Below are positions 29,358-40,025 of a DNA stretch of 64,000 nucleotides, piece after piece (position 1 is the stretch's first letter; each line of letters opens with the position of its first letter). The notes beneath the pieces were generated by a model. That model did no database searches. It was not told the DNA's origin and saw only the letters and a list, made by a program, of their open reading frames with translations. This DNA is from Fervidobacterium sp. Its GTDB lineage: Bacteria > Thermotogota > Thermotogae > Thermotogales > Fervidobacteriaceae. The position numbers and the translations under genes are program-made. The stretch is from contig JBMFNR010000001.1 in assembly GCA_049970055.1 (NCBI GenBank), forward strand, positions 192,001-256,000, read 5' to 3'.

Positions 29358-30386
29358 CTAAACACTGTAAAAAGGTACATCAACTTTATACTTTCCTCTG
29401 AATGTTTCTTCCTTTAGCATCAGAGGGCTGTCAAGATCATGGAAATCGAAAGCACCTGTTCCAAGCGCAAAGTGTACGCTCTGATTCACTCCTAAACTTG
29501 ATTCAGCCATACAACCCAGCATTAGTCTAAGATTTGCAGCTTTAACTATTTCAACAATTGCAAGTGCATCACTTATACCTGATTTCATAAGCTTTATATT
29601 GATGTAATCTACCGCCTCTTCTTTTATCAATCTTAGAACATCGTACTTAGTTTTTGCACTTTCATCGGCGGCAACGGGGAATGGTGAGTTCCACCTGATG
29701 TACTTCAGACCTTCAATATCGGTCATTGCAACAGGTTGCTCAAAAACAGCTATGTCTATGCCTGCTTTATAAATTTCTGTGACGAATTGAACGGCTTGTT
29801 TAGGTGTGTACCCAGTGTTTGCATCAATTATGTACTTACATCCTTTGCTTACCTCATAAATTGCAATTAGTGCTTCGATATCTTCCTTGAGGTTCTCCCC
29901 CACTTTTATCTTTATTATTCTGTGTCCTCTTGCGACAATTTCTTTTGCATCATTTACCCTTTCCTCGATCGATCCGATACTTATCGTATAATCCGTTTCC
30001 AACTGCTTTTTTGCACCACCAAATATCTGATAGACCGGCACACCAATTTCCTCACTGAAAGCATCCAGCACAGCGTATTGAACGGCTGCTTTTATACTTG
30101 TGGCTGACTTTAATGAGTCAGTAACGTCGAAAATTTTCCTATACTCTTTAACATCCATTCCGACTACCATGTCATTTACAGCATTTTCAAGTCCCAACAA
30201 AGCATCTACTTTTTCGCCGTTAACTCTAAATGATGGAGAGGCTTCACCGTGACCAATCACACCATTTTCTAGTTCTAAAATAACCTCAATATTTTGAGCA
30301 CTATAAGAAATGTTGTTGGTTATGTGGAAAGGTTTTACGTACTCAAAAGTGTTTAATTTGAACTTTACTGATTTAATTTTAGCCAT
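29358..30386 (-). CDS. Dipeptide epimerase (L-Ala-D/L-Glu epimerase family, enolase superfamily)
   Basis: KIKVG, DAN, EQP, ADES, NIKLMK, DLD motifs. Confidence 0.9.
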   Translation of the reverse strand: MAKIKSVKFKLNTFEYVKPFHITNNISYSAQNIEVILELENGVIGHGEASPSFRVNGEKVDALLGLENAVNDMVVGMDVKEYRKIFDVTDSLKSATSIKAAVQYAVLDAFSEEIGVPVYQIFGGAKKQLETDYTISIGSIEERVNDAKEIVARGHRIIKIKVGENLKEDIEALIAIYEVSKGCKYIIDANTGYTPKQAVQFVTEIYKAGIDIAVFEQPVAMTDIEGLKYIRWNSPFPVAADESAKTKYDVLRLIKEEAVDYINIKLMKSGISDALAIVEIVKAANLRLMLGCMAESSLGVNQSVHFALGTGAFDFHDLDSPLMLKEETFRGKYKVDVPFYSV

Positions 30387-30403
30387 ACCAATGCCTCCCG
30401 TTT

Positions 30404-31783
30404 TTAGCTTTTTACTTTTTTAAACTCGATAACTTCAATTTTACTCTCAAGGTCAATAACATAGCCATCTTCTTCTTTTGTGATGACTTCCATTTCACCG
30501 GATTGATTATCGTAAGGATCCAAACGCCATGATAATTTGTTTGGAACAAAATCACTTTGGAATTCAGTATTAGCAATCATTCTGAAACCATCAAGGTTCG
30601 TGAAGTAAAACAACCTTAGGCCTTCGTTTTCTCTTCTACCACCACCAAAGGATAAATCAACAGGTACCCAACCGTATTTTTCAAGGTATATAATTGCCCA
30701 ATCGTGCGGCGAGGCAATAAGAGGTGTTATGCTCCAACCAGATTGCCATCTTGCAGGTACTCCAACCATTCTGCACAGTGTGATAAACAAAAGCGCTTGA
30801 AACCCACAGTCACCTTTGAATACCGTGGCAACGTATTCTGGAATGTTATCATACAGCGCATATGGGAGAACATATGAATAATTTACATTAAGTGTTATAA
30901 AATCGTATATCCGCCTCGCTTTTGTTATATCGTCTATATTTTTTAGATCTTCACCGTGAAATATCAAGTCGATGAGGTTCCAAAGGTAAGGAGTGAATCT
31001 GATGTGTGGTAATTTTTCGGATAAATCCTCCTTGGTAGGATTATCTCTGTACAGTCCTTCAAAACCGATCCAGTCTTGAATTTTGTAAACGAATTCAACG
31101 TAAAAATTTTCTGAATCAAAACCTTCCATATAGACGGTCCTTTGACCTACGTTATTTGGAGCAATTTCAACATCGTGGCTTGATAATATTAACTCAACAT
31201 CCGATTGTTGATATGCTTCTTTCGGAAATGGGAGCCAAACTCTAACCTTTGATTGTGTAGGATTTTCTCGCTTTAAAGTTATTTTCGCCCTTATTTGAAA
31301 CTTTGTTGGCTTTCCGCCATCTATCAATTTTGTGATAGATTTATTTATAATAGCTCTTCTTTTGTTTGCTAATCTGAAATCGTAATCCATCTTCTGTCTA
31401 TCTTTGAACTTCGGATGATTGAAAAACAAATTACTATCAAATCGGTTCTCAAAGTACGGCACATCATCTATGTACATCCACTCTAAGACATTTTCAGACA
31501 TCATCATCTCAAACTCGCTCTTTTTCAAATTTCTAAGTCTTTTCTTGAGTATTTGAAATGCTCTCTCTTTTGTGATGCTGTAAGTCTTTCTTAATAGTAA
31601 TATTCTGTACAATTCAAAGTGTAGCTTTTTATTCAGACCGTGCGGGATTTTATGCTCTAATCGCTCTTTTATCTTCATTTTTGCTCTTTTCAGTTTTCCA
31701 CTAAGTATGTCTCTTTTTATATCTTCCGGTGTTGGAAACACAAGAAAATCCAAGCTCATCCCTCCAATCTTGAAATCTTTCAT
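30404..31783 (-). CDS. Transglutaminase-like (Cys-His-Asp) domain protein
   Basis: GDCG...LCRMVGVPAR, HDWA, GWVPVD; start uncertain (31753-31783). Confidence 0.85.
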   Translation of the reverse strand: MKDFKIGGMSLDFLVFPTPEDIKRDILSGKLKRAKMKIKERLEHKIPHGLNKKLHFELYRILLLRKTYSITKERAFQILKKRLRNLKKSEFEMMMSENVLEWMYIDDVPYFENRFDSNLFFNHPKFKDRQKMDYDFRLANKRRAIINKSITKLIDGGKPTKFQIRAKITLKRENPTQSKVRVWLPFPKEAYQQSDVELILSSHDVEIAPNNVGQRTVYMEGFDSENFYVEFVYKIQDWIGFEGLYRDNPTKEDLSEKLPHIRFTPYLWNLIDLIFHGEDLKNIDDITKARRIYDFITLNVNYSYVLPYALYDNIPEYVATVFKGDCGFQALLFITLCRMVGVPARWQSGWSITPLIASPHDWAIIYLEKYGWVPVDLSFGGGRRENEGLRLFYFTNLDGFRMIANTEFQSDFVPNKLSWRLDPYDNQSGEMEVITKEEDGYVIDLESKIEVIEFKKVKS

Positions 31784-31852
31784 CTTTACAAATATATTTT
31801 ACATGTTTTTAATTAAATTAACAAGCAGGATTTTTAAGAAAAGTTTTTGAGA

Positions 31853-31881
31853 TTGACTTTAATGGAAAAATAATGTATACT
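31853..31881 (+). promoter_or_regulatory. Sigma70-like promoter of the Asp23 gene pair
   Basis: TTGACT-17-TATACT. Confidence 0.7.
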
Positions 31882-31908
31882 TTATGTAAAAATCAAGGAG
31901 GTGATTTT

Positions 31909-32244
31909 ATGGTCTTCCAAGGACAATGCGGTGAAATTGAAGTGTCTGAAAAGGCGATGAAAAAGATGGTGCTTCTTTCCATAGGAGAGCTTAGTGAAAT
32001 GGTGAATATGTCAGCAAAAAACTGGTTCCAAAAACTTATGGTTTCATTAACTTCGGAAGAAAATAACATCAAGCTAACAGAGGGAGATAAGTTTGTTATA
32101 GATCTCAATATTTCTGTCGAATTTGGAGTCAATATTCCTCAGATATATTCAAAAGTTGTTGAGAGTGTGAAAGAGACATTTAGAAAACATATCGGTTTTG
32201 ATAATATCGATGTAAATTTGCATGTTGTTGATTTTAAACAATAA
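31909..32244 (+). CDS. Asp23/Gls24 family protein
   Basis: GEIEVSE, IDLNISVEFGVNIP, VNLHVVD; GGAGG RBS. Confidence 0.8.
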   Translation: MVFQGQCGEIEVSEKAMKKMVLLSIGELSEMVNMSAKNWFQKLMVSLTSEENNIKLTEGDKFVIDLNISVEFGVNIPQIYSKVVESVKETFRKHIGFDNIDVNLHVVDFKQ

Positions 32245-32262
32245 TGTACGGGAGGTGACAAA

Positions 32263-32607
32263 ATGGGATATGTTGATATAAAGGAGAATGTTTATCAAGA
32301 GATAGCCTTTAGAAGTATATGTGAACTGCTTGGTATAGACAAAGATGATAAGAATGCAAAGAACCTGAAAAAAGGTATAGTCGTAGAGAAAAAACTTTTG
32401 GAGAATAGTGAAGTAAATCCAAACACACTTCTAAATTATAATATCCAATTACTCTTACAACTTTCTGCAACATTTGGCACAAACCTAATCGATTTAGCTA
32501 ACAGAATCGCATACAAAGTTCGAGATGATGTGAAAAGCATGACAGCTACTGACATCGTTGCTGTGAATGTCAAATTCGTTGATATTGAGTCACCAAATCA
32601 AGTCTAG
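32263..32607 (+). CDS. Asp23/Gls24 family protein
   Basis: VDIKENVY.EIA, FGTNLIDLA, VKSMT, VNVKFVDI. Confidence 0.7.
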   Translation: MGYVDIKENVYQEIAFRSICELLGIDKDDKNAKNLKKGIVVEKKLLENSEVNPNTLLNYNIQLLLQLSATFGTNLIDLANRIAYKVRDDVKSMTATDIVAVNVKFVDIESPNQV

Positions 32608-32614
32608 AAATGAG

Positions 32615-32648
32615 AAAGCATGGCTCGCAAGAGCCATGCTTTTGTTTT
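32615..32648. terminator. Terminator between convergent Asp23 and pruA genes
   Basis: AAAGCATGGCTC-GCAA-GAGCCATGCTTTT. Confidence 0.88.
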
Positions 32649-32657
32649 GGTGCATTT

Positions 32658-34235
32658 TTATATTTTTTCACTAATAGCTTTTGCTTGCAAGAACAAACCG
32701 AGGTAATCTCTTCCACCGGCTTTGCTATCTGTACCAGACATGTTAAACCCGCCGAATGGATGCACACCGACAAGTGCACCTGTACATTTTCTATTGAAGT
32801 ACAAATTACCTACATGGAATTCTTCCTTAGCCCTTTCGATTCGTGTTCTGTCCCTACTGTAAAGAGATCCTGTCAGTCCGTACTCAGTTGCATTTGCTAT
32901 TTTTAGTGCATCATCGAAATCTTCAGCTTTAATTATGGCAAGAACTGGTCCGAAAATTTCTTCTTGTGCGATTCTTGCATTCCAAGAAACATCTTTGAAT
33001 ATCGTTGGTTCGATAAAGTACCCGCCAAGCTCTTCTCTGCCGTTTCCACCCCAGATAAGTTGCCCTTCTTTCTTGCCTATCTCTATGTATGCTAGTATCT
33101 TTTCCATTGAGCTTTTATTTACGACAGGTCCAAGCCAATTTTCTTTGTACCTAACATCGCCCATCTTTATTTTGGAGACCCTTTCTAAAACTTTTTCGAT
33201 AACTTTGTCGTATACTTCTTTAACAATTATTGCACGGCTTCCTGCACTACATTTTTGTCCTTGGTAACCAAATGCACTGACAACAATACCTTCAGCAGCT
33301 GCGTCAAGGTCTGCTGTTTCATCAACAATGACTGCATCCTTTCCTCCCATCTCAAGTACTGTACGTTTGATCCATATCTGACCTGGTTGTGGTTTTGCAG
33401 CTAATTCGTGGATCCTAAGTCCAACATCTTTAGAACCAGTGAAACTTATGAACCGAGTTTTTGGATGCTTGACCAGGAATTCACCGGCAAGTGCTCCACT
33501 TCCAGGTAATAAGTTTACAACGCCATCAGGTAAGCCTACCTCTTGAAGTACTTCAAAGAATTTTTCGGCGATAATTGGACTATCACTTGCAGGTTTAAGA
33601 ACAACGGTATTCCCTGTTACAATCGCTGCACTTGTCATACCAACTAATATTGCAAGTGGAAAATTCCATGGTGGAATAACAACCCCCGCACCAAGTGGTA
33701 AATACCTAAGTTCGTTGTACTCTCCGGGAATTCTCACAAGTGGTTGCTCCGATGAGTATCTTAACATTTCTCTGGCGTAGTATTCAAGAAAGTCTATTGC
33801 TTCTGAAACATCGGCATCAGCTTCAACCCAGTTTTTTCCAACTTCATAAACAAGCCATGCATCGAATTCAAATTTTTTCTCCCTAATTCTTTTTGCGGCT
33901 TTTAACAAATACTCTGCTCGAATGTGAGCAGGAACTTTGCTCCATGTTTTAAAAGTTTCCCAACCATTTTCAAGAGCCTTTTGTGCAAGTTCTTCGTTTG
34001 CACTATTGACGTATCCAACAACCTCTTCAAATTTGCTTGGATTTATTGATTTAATTTTTTTCTCTGTTTTGTAAGGTTTTCCTCCTATAAAGATATCGTA
34101 CTCCCTACCGAACTCTTGGTAAACTTTCTCAAGAGCTTGTTTCATATTTTCTTCATTCTGTGGTTGTGAGAAATCTGTTACGGGTTCGTTTTTGAATGGC
34201 GGAATAACTGTCCAGTCTGTAGCTTCGTAACCCAT
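32658..34235 (-). CDS. pruA: 1-pyrroline-5-carboxylate (glutamate semialdehyde) dehydrogenase
   Basis: PFKNEP, PPWNFPLAI, FTGS, EMGGKD, GQKCSAGSR, EEIFGP, NRKCTGALVG. Confidence 0.93.
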   Translation of the reverse strand: MGYEATDWTVIPPFKNEPVTDFSQPQNEENMKQALEKVYQEFGREYDIFIGGKPYKTEKKIKSINPSKFEEVVGYVNSANEELAQKALENGWETFKTWSKVPAHIRAEYLLKAAKRIREKKFEFDAWLVYEVGKNWVEADADVSEAIDFLEYYAREMLRYSSEQPLVRIPGEYNELRYLPLGAGVVIPPWNFPLAILVGMTSAAIVTGNTVVLKPASDSPIIAEKFFEVLQEVGLPDGVVNLLPGSGALAGEFLVKHPKTRFISFTGSKDVGLRIHELAAKPQPGQIWIKRTVLEMGGKDAVIVDETADLDAAAEGIVVSAFGYQGQKCSAGSRAIIVKEVYDKVIEKVLERVSKIKMGDVRYKENWLGPVVNKSSMEKILAYIEIGKKEGQLIWGGNGREELGGYFIEPTIFKDVSWNARIAQEEIFGPVLAIIKAEDFDDALKIANATEYGLTGSLYSRDRTRIERAKEEFHVGNLYFNRKCTGALVGVHPFGGFNMSGTDSKAGGRDYLGLFLQAKAISEKI

Positions 34236-34281
34236 AAATATCCCCCCTTGTTTTGTCTAAGTTTGGGAAAACTTAGAAATA

Positions 34282-36480
34282 TTATTTGTTTTCTTTCTCT
34301 TTCAATTTTTTAACGATAAACGATGCCACATGTATGCCTTTTGTTCCACGACCAAAACCAGCATCCACACCATTTTCTATTGCCATGTCGTTTGTTATCT
34401 GCGTTCCACCTACGATTATCAAAACTTTGTCCCTGATGCCCTTTTCTATCGCTAGCTCGTTTAATCTTCTCATATTTTTAATGTGTACATCGTTATGTGT
34501 AATGATCATCGAAGCTAGTATCGCATCTGCACCGGTTTCTATGGCAGCATCTATGAGTTTTTCAGGAGGTACACTTGTTCCCAAATAAACGTATTTTATA
34601 CCGTATTTTTCAATTCCTCCGTGCTTAATGTCAAGTATTTCCCTTAAACCAACGGAGTGTTCATCTTCGCCAACAGTGGCAGCTACGACTTTAATTGAGC
34701 GTTTTTCTACAAAGCTGAATAATTCCTCTTCTGGTAGCGTTTCTGGTTTCTTTGGAAGTTCCAGTTCATCTATTTTTATTTCAAATGGAACTTTAGCCTT
34801 CAGTTCTATATATGTTCCTTCAACAGGATGTAGGACTGTTTTTGCGATTATTGTTGGTTCTTCAAGTCCCAATTTTTCACAAACTGCAAGTGCCGCAGCT
34901 TCTGCGTATTCTTCAGGAAGCGCAAAAGTCATGTCGAGTTGGATCCAACCATCCGCGTACCATTCAACTTCTGGCTTGATAACATTGCGTTTTTTTAAAT
35001 CTTTGATTCGTTCAAGTCTTAAATTTACATTATCTGTTTCATCAAGCTCATCTATAAATTGAATCTTTTCAGGTTTATGGAATGTGCACCCACCAATGAG
35101 ATCGCATGGTTTTTCCAAATCATCTGGTAAATTGTTGTAACCAAAGTGTTCACAAACAGGTGCCATGTAATCTGGATCTCTTGGAACAACTGTACCAGCT
35201 GCAAGTTCACCGTCTTTTTTCCTTGCTATCCCATCTCCGAAACGTTCAGGGTAATAGCCATTATCAACAAACATGCCAGCTTCAAGTGCTTCAAAATAGC
35301 CACCCATTTCTAATATTTCTTCAAGCATTAAGATTGCTCTCATTTTTAATTCTCTTACCTTTTCCCTTATTGCTTCTTGATCTATCTTTACGTATTTTTT
35401 TATACCGTCCAGGGCGAGTAACGTATGTTTGGCAGTTTCCACACCACGTATAGAATTTATGTGCCATGGAACATTTCTACCTTCATCGGGGGTAATCGTT
35501 GATTGCAAATCGGCACTTGTCAATCTCGAGAGCACAGCGTTGAGGACGTGTACTCTTGTAGCATCAAATAGATCAGATTCGATGTATCTTGTATTCATCT
35601 GTGCTCTGAATCTGTAACCTTGAAATAGCTCTCTAAGCGCTACTGCATAAGGTAAATCGATGCGCATTTCTGGAAGAGGAGCAATTACAGGAGGTACCGT
35701 TGAGAGAGCTATATTTTCCTTTGGCATTCCAACTTTGACAGAGAACATACAATTGATTCCATGTTGAACTAAAAGCTCTGGCATCACTGTCCAAGCAAGT
35801 TTTGCAGATGCATTCGCGTTGTGAGCGCCATCTATTTGAAGCATGTTCGCCCATGCCATTATCTTTTTCGCAACAGCAGCATCAACAAACGAACGAACTG
35901 GATTTACTCCCCGGTAAAGTATATTGTACTGTGGGTCTTGGTGAGCGCCGTTAACTCCCTCTTCGGCAAACAATACAGCAATTTCAGGACCTGCAACACC
36001 GGAGACATAACTGTGGAAGTTAATTGATCTTCCAACTTCTTCTTCAATCATGTCAAGAGCTTTCCTCGTTGCTCTTACTTGCTTTCTCGTTATGGGGATT
36101 CCACCAACGCCTTCCGGCGTACCTTCGATCAAACCATCGAAATGTGATTGACCAAGCGTACGGATAACCATTATGTGATCTGCACCGTGCCATGCGGCCA
36201 TTCTCATACGCCTGATATCATCTTCAAACCTTCCTGAAGCAATCTCAGAGGTTATAACAACATCTGGTTGTGGGTCAATGTTATTGAAGTAATGTGCTGC
36301 TGGCAGTGGAATACTATTTTTCAATGGCTCACTTATCTGATAGTATTCATACTTATCTATCTTCGTACCTTCCGGTAATTTCTTTCTCCATGTCCAACCT
36401 CTTCTCTTTGGTCTATACTTATCAAGATCTTTTAATATTTCATCTACATCTATTGACTTACTTGGGTCAAGTTTGTACAT
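34282..36480 (-). CDS. oraE: D-ornithine 4,5-aminomutase beta subunit (PLP/AdoCbl)
   Basis: EIASGRFEDDIRRMRMAAWHGADHIMVIR, HQDPQYN, GEDEHSVG B12 motif, IKHGGIE. Confidence 0.95.
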   Translation of the reverse strand: MYKLDPSKSIDVDEILKDLDKYRPKRRGWTWRKKLPEGTKIDKYEYYQISEPLKNSIPLPAAHYFNNIDPQPDVVITSEIASGRFEDDIRRMRMAAWHGADHIMVIRTLGQSHFDGLIEGTPEGVGGIPITRKQVRATRKALDMIEEEVGRSINFHSYVSGVAGPEIAVLFAEEGVNGAHQDPQYNILYRGVNPVRSFVDAAVAKKIMAWANMLQIDGAHNANASAKLAWTVMPELLVQHGINCMFSVKVGMPKENIALSTVPPVIAPLPEMRIDLPYAVALRELFQGYRFRAQMNTRYIESDLFDATRVHVLNAVLSRLTSADLQSTITPDEGRNVPWHINSIRGVETAKHTLLALDGIKKYVKIDQEAIREKVRELKMRAILMLEEILEMGGYFEALEAGMFVDNGYYPERFGDGIARKKDGELAAGTVVPRDPDYMAPVCEHFGYNNLPDDLEKPCDLIGGCTFHKPEKIQFIDELDETDNVNLRLERIKDLKKRNVIKPEVEWYADGWIQLDMTFALPEEYAEAAALAVCEKLGLEEPTIIAKTVLHPVEGTYIELKAKVPFEIKIDELELPKKPETLPEEELFSFVEKRSIKVVAATVGEDEHSVGLREILDIKHGGIEKYGIKYVYLGTSVPPEKLIDAAIETGADAILASMIITHNDVHIKNMRRLNELAIEKGIRDKVLIIVGGTQITNDMAIENGVDAGFGRGTKGIHVASFIVKKLKEKENK

Positions 36481-36860
36481 TATTTACTCACCTCTTTTCT
36501 TACACCCTTGAATATCCTATCCACGTCATCCCAATATTCTCCGTTAATCATCCTTCTGCCGGCTTCTATATAATCTATGTGGTGTTCTTGCGCTATCCTC
36601 CAGACGATGTGGCCAGCACCTTTTCCGAGTAGTCCCCTTTCAAATATCATATCGACAAGTTTTTTAGCCTCAAGGCTGTTAAATCCCATCCTAAGTAAGA
36701 CAGACCTTTCAATGGAAGGAGAAGTATGTGTTTTTGCAAGTTCAACGAGTGGATCAACTACCTTTTCAACGAGATTCCAAAAGTATGCATTTAGTTCTTC
36801 GTCTGTCATATTCTGTAGATGCTTAGACCGTTCTTTGAAATCATCTGGTCTTGGTCTCAT
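36480..36860 (-). CDS. oraS: D-ornithine 4,5-aminomutase alpha subunit
   Basis: RPDDF..R..HL, HTSPSIERSVLLRMGF, GLLGKGAGH. Confidence 0.93.
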   Translation of the reverse strand: MRPRPDDFKERSKHLQNMTDEELNAYFWNLVEKVVDPLVELAKTHTSPSIERSVLLRMGFNSLEAKKLVDMIFERGLLGKGAGHIVWRIAQEHHIDYIEAGRRMINGEYWDDVDRIFKGVRKEVSK

Positions 36861-38275
36861 ATTTGCACCTCCGCAATCCATCTTCTGATCTCATCTTCAG
36901 AAGCTCTTAAGTCTTCTTTCAAAAATTCCATTTCTTCCTTAGAAAACTCTTTCCTACTTTCGCGTTTGATAAGTTCCTTTAAATAACTTTTCTTCATCTC
37001 TTCGATGGGGTACTCTATATACGCAATCTGAGACGGATGTTCTGGAATTACAATCACTTTTCCAGGTTTATCTTCCTTTATCGGATCTCCCCTTTTCACT
37101 ACCATTCCCATTTTTTTGGCAAATGTTAGTTGAGCGGAAGGTAATTTTCCCGCACCTGTGTATTCAGTTTCGTTTACTACGATTGTCTGATCTTCATCCA
37201 TTTCAAGCGCAAGTGCAAATGCAGCTGCAAGAGATGTATTTCCCGCAGGTCCTCTTTGCAATCCTTCGAGTTGCGCAAGCATTTCCGTTACGTAAAAGAC
37301 CTCTCCCTGCGTTACTAAGACGTACCTATCCATATATCTTAATGGCCTTGCAGCGTTTTTCGGTACATCTGATCTGTCTGGATATACGGCGAATGGTATA
37401 CCAAAGCCCGTATGACCCGTTGTGAAGTATTTCCTGTTGAAATCACTATCGCTTGCCATGTGTAAGCCTCTCAGGTCAACACTTGCTCCTATAACTTTCG
37501 TATTCGTAGCACCTGCTTTTATTAATCCACGTGCAGTACCTGTTATTAGTCCACCACCAGCATGTGTCACAACGACTGCGTCTGGGAATTTACCTGTTAA
37601 TTCCTTCATTTGATGTGCAATTTCGTATCCTAAAGTTTCTATACCGGCAATAGCATATGGGGAATAGAGAGAAGCGTTGAAATACCCTGTTTCCTCGAGG
37701 AGTCTAAGTGTGTAATAAAAGAGTTCAGGGCCAACGGTAAGTTGTACAACCTCAGCACCGTAAGCTTCACAGGCTCTACCTTTTTCCAAAATCTCAGGTT
37801 GCCCGCGCCATTGACTATCGTAACATTCCTGCACTATTATGCATTTTAGCCCCCTTTTCGCTGCTTGTGAAGCAACAGCTGCACCATAATTTCCACTTGT
37901 CGCTGCTATTACTCCCTTATATCCAAGTTTTTGAGCGTGGTAAACGCTTATGGCAGCTCTTCTATCTTTAAAACTACCAGATGGGTTCGCTGCTTCATCT
38001 TTCAAGAATATCCTTGCCCCTTTACCTTTTGGAACTAGCTTCTTGATAAGTCTATTTATATTTTTCAATTCAACGAGTGGTGTGTTTCCAACGCATGTTT
38101 CAGCTTGAATATTTCTTACCTCTTCTATCGTGTATCCGACTTCCTTCATCATTCTTTCGTAGTCAAATGCAAAACCTTTTACAATGAACTTTTCATAATC
38201 TATTCCAACAGCTCTTTTCATTATCTCAGCACGTCTTGACATTACTGCTTCGTAAGAGTAATCTTTTTGAATCAT
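36857..38275 (-). CDS. ortB: 2-amino-4-oxopentanoate thiolase beta subunit
   Basis: PLP fold II NPSGSFKDRRA, ATSGNYGAAVAS, GPAGNTSLAAA; operon context. Confidence 0.92.
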   Translation of the reverse strand: MIQKDYSYEAVMSRRAEIMKRAVGIDYEKFIVKGFAFDYERMMKEVGYTIEEVRNIQAETCVGNTPLVELKNINRLIKKLVPKGKGARIFLKDEAANPSGSFKDRRAAISVYHAQKLGYKGVIAATSGNYGAAVASQAAKRGLKCIIVQECYDSQWRGQPEILEKGRACEAYGAEVVQLTVGPELFYYTLRLLEETGYFNASLYSPYAIAGIETLGYEIAHQMKELTGKFPDAVVVTHAGGGLITGTARGLIKAGATNTKVIGASVDLRGLHMASDSDFNRKYFTTGHTGFGIPFAVYPDRSDVPKNAARPLRYMDRYVLVTQGEVFYVTEMLAQLEGLQRGPAGNTSLAAAFALALEMDEDQTIVVNETEYTGAGKLPSAQLTFAKKMGMVVKRGDPIKEDKPGKVIVIPEHPSQIAYIEYPIEEMKKSYLKELIKRESRKEFSKEEMEFLKEDLRASEDEIRRWIAEVQI

Positions 38276-38580
38276 AATTCATCACCGCCAAAAAGTAGCT
38301 CTCTTAGCTCTCTTCCTATGGTAATTAGCTCTGGTACAGGTTCTCCAAAATCATGTTCGTACCTTGGATTAATCGATACCAACTTTCCAGTTACCGTTCT
38401 TCCAGTCATAGTACGTATACTTACTGTAGCACCAAGAGATGCCACTTCGTCTAAAAGAAAACCTTTTACTCTCATCTGCAAAGGTAATTTCTTTGTATCA
38501 TCTGGTACTTGCGGCGCTCTTTCTTCTGGGGTCAGTATCGTAACTTCGATCTGAACCCAATCTCCTTTTTTAGCAAGCAT
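38272..38580 (-). CDS. ortA: 2-amino-4-oxopentanoate thiolase alpha subunit
   Basis: KKGDWVQI, ERAPQVPDDT, VKGFL, NPRYEHDFGEP. Confidence 0.92.
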   Translation of the reverse strand: MLAKKGDWVQIEVTILTPEERAPQVPDDTKKLPLQMRVKGFLLDEVASLGATVSIRTMTGRTVTGKLVSINPRYEHDFGEPVPELITIGRELRELLFGGDEL

Positions 38581-38598
38581 AATAACCTACCCCCGTTA

Positions 38599-39612
38599 TT
38601 ATTTTGTAATTTGTGATAAGATTGATCGTGGGACGGGGAGATCTGCCATACATTTGAGACCTGGTTGAGCACCTATAACTATTGGAATCATATTTGTTGC
38701 AATAGCAACCGTTGCCTTACCTCCAGGAATTTCCGGTTTTATCGAAAGGTTAATATTGATATCACCGTAAATTTCTATGTAATCACCTGTCTCAACACCT
38801 TCAAGGTGCGGTTGTATCTGTTGCGGATGGTAAAGTTCGATAACGCATCTATCACCCACAAACGCCCTAGCTGAGTGATTACAACCAGCAACCATACCAG
38901 GCTGAACCTTTACAACAGGTGTTTCCCTGTATGCGTTTGAGATTATCGGTTTTCTTTCTTCCTCAACTTTCGTAATCTCCCAACCAAGGACTCTTGATAT
39001 CATTGCAATACTTTGTGGAAATCCGATGTGACCAACAATTGTTCCCTTTTTCAAACCTTCTTCAAATTGCTCAGGAGATGTTCCAACACCTTGTGTTTCC
39101 ATAACAGTTTTGCCGAAAGGCGAAAGGTCGTTAACTCTCTTTGCAACAATTTTATCTACCCTCGTACAAACACCTGTGAGAGCTATGATAAGGGTATCTA
39201 ATACGAAACCTGGATTAACACCTGTACCAAGTATGGTAACACCATATCTTTTGGCAAGGCTATCCATGTAAAGTGATTCTTCCGGATGGGAATCAAACGG
39301 GAAAGCCATCTCCTCAGCAATTGTTATTACATTGGCGTGATTTTTGACAGCATACTCGACTTGGGGAAGCACATCTTTTACAAACGAACTTGTTGCGATA
39401 ACTACAATATCCGGATTTGTTTCTTCGATTACATCTATGGAGTCTCTAACTCTCACACCGTACGTATCGATCCCTAATAATATACCAACATCCTTTCCTA
39501 TATATTCAGGGTTTTTATCAATTACACCAACTAGTTTCATGAACTTGCTAACAGCCACATTTTTTGCTATCCCTCTTCCCATAGCACCAAAACCCCAGAT
39601 GACGACTCTCAT
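38599..39612 (-). CDS. ord: 2,4-diaminopentanoate dehydrogenase
   Basis: IWGFGAMG Rossmann motif, [28 protein letters not shown]. Confidence 0.92.
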   Translation of the reverse strand: MRVVIWGFGAMGRGIAKNVAVSKFMKLVGVIDKNPEYIGKDVGILLGIDTYGVRVRDSIDVIEETNPDIVVIATSSFVKDVLPQVEYAVKNHANVITIAEEMAFPFDSHPEESLYMDSLAKRYGVTILGTGVNPGFVLDTLIIALTGVCTRVDKIVAKRVNDLSPFGKTVMETQGVGTSPEQFEEGLKKGTIVGHIGFPQSIAMISRVLGWEITKVEEERKPIISNAYRETPVVKVQPGMVAGCNHSARAFVGDRCVIELYHPQQIQPHLEGVETGDYIEIYGDININLSIKPEIPGGKATVAIATNMIPIVIGAQPGLKCMADLPVPRSILSQITK

Positions 39613-39937
39613 TCAAAAACCCTCCCTTTGTATTTTTGTGTTTTTTGAATATCTGCTAGAGTTTTCAACTATTAATATCACCAGTAATTTTACACTCAAT
39701 TCAATATAATTTTCAAACCTGTAACGCTCCATACTTTACATTCTAATTGGAATAATTTGATTGTATGTTTTTTATACTCATTTTCTCATTATTTTGCGAT
39801 GATATGCTCTTTTTCGTGGTTTGATACGGAAAGTATGAAAAAGAATAAACTCACGATTGAAACATAAAACTGCATAAAATCAATGGAACACGTGATTATT
39901 AATCTTTATGTAACAAATAATTTTCACTAATTATCCA

Positions 39938-39965
39938 TTGAAAGTAACTTTTAAAATGGTATAAT
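39938..39965 (+). promoter_or_regulatory. Promoter for the Thr-rich repeat microprotein
   Basis: TTGAAA-16-(TGG)TATAAT. Confidence 0.7.
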
Positions 39966-40025
39966 AACCTTCGAAAGGTATTAGAATATCGGCAACTCAA
40001 TTATATTTGCAGGGAGGTTGGAGTT

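Noticed and set aside
39613..40025. Cobalamin riboswitch or ArgR box upstream of the ornithine operon
   Set aside because: AT-rich with no recognisable B12-box; only weak ARG-box-like half sites
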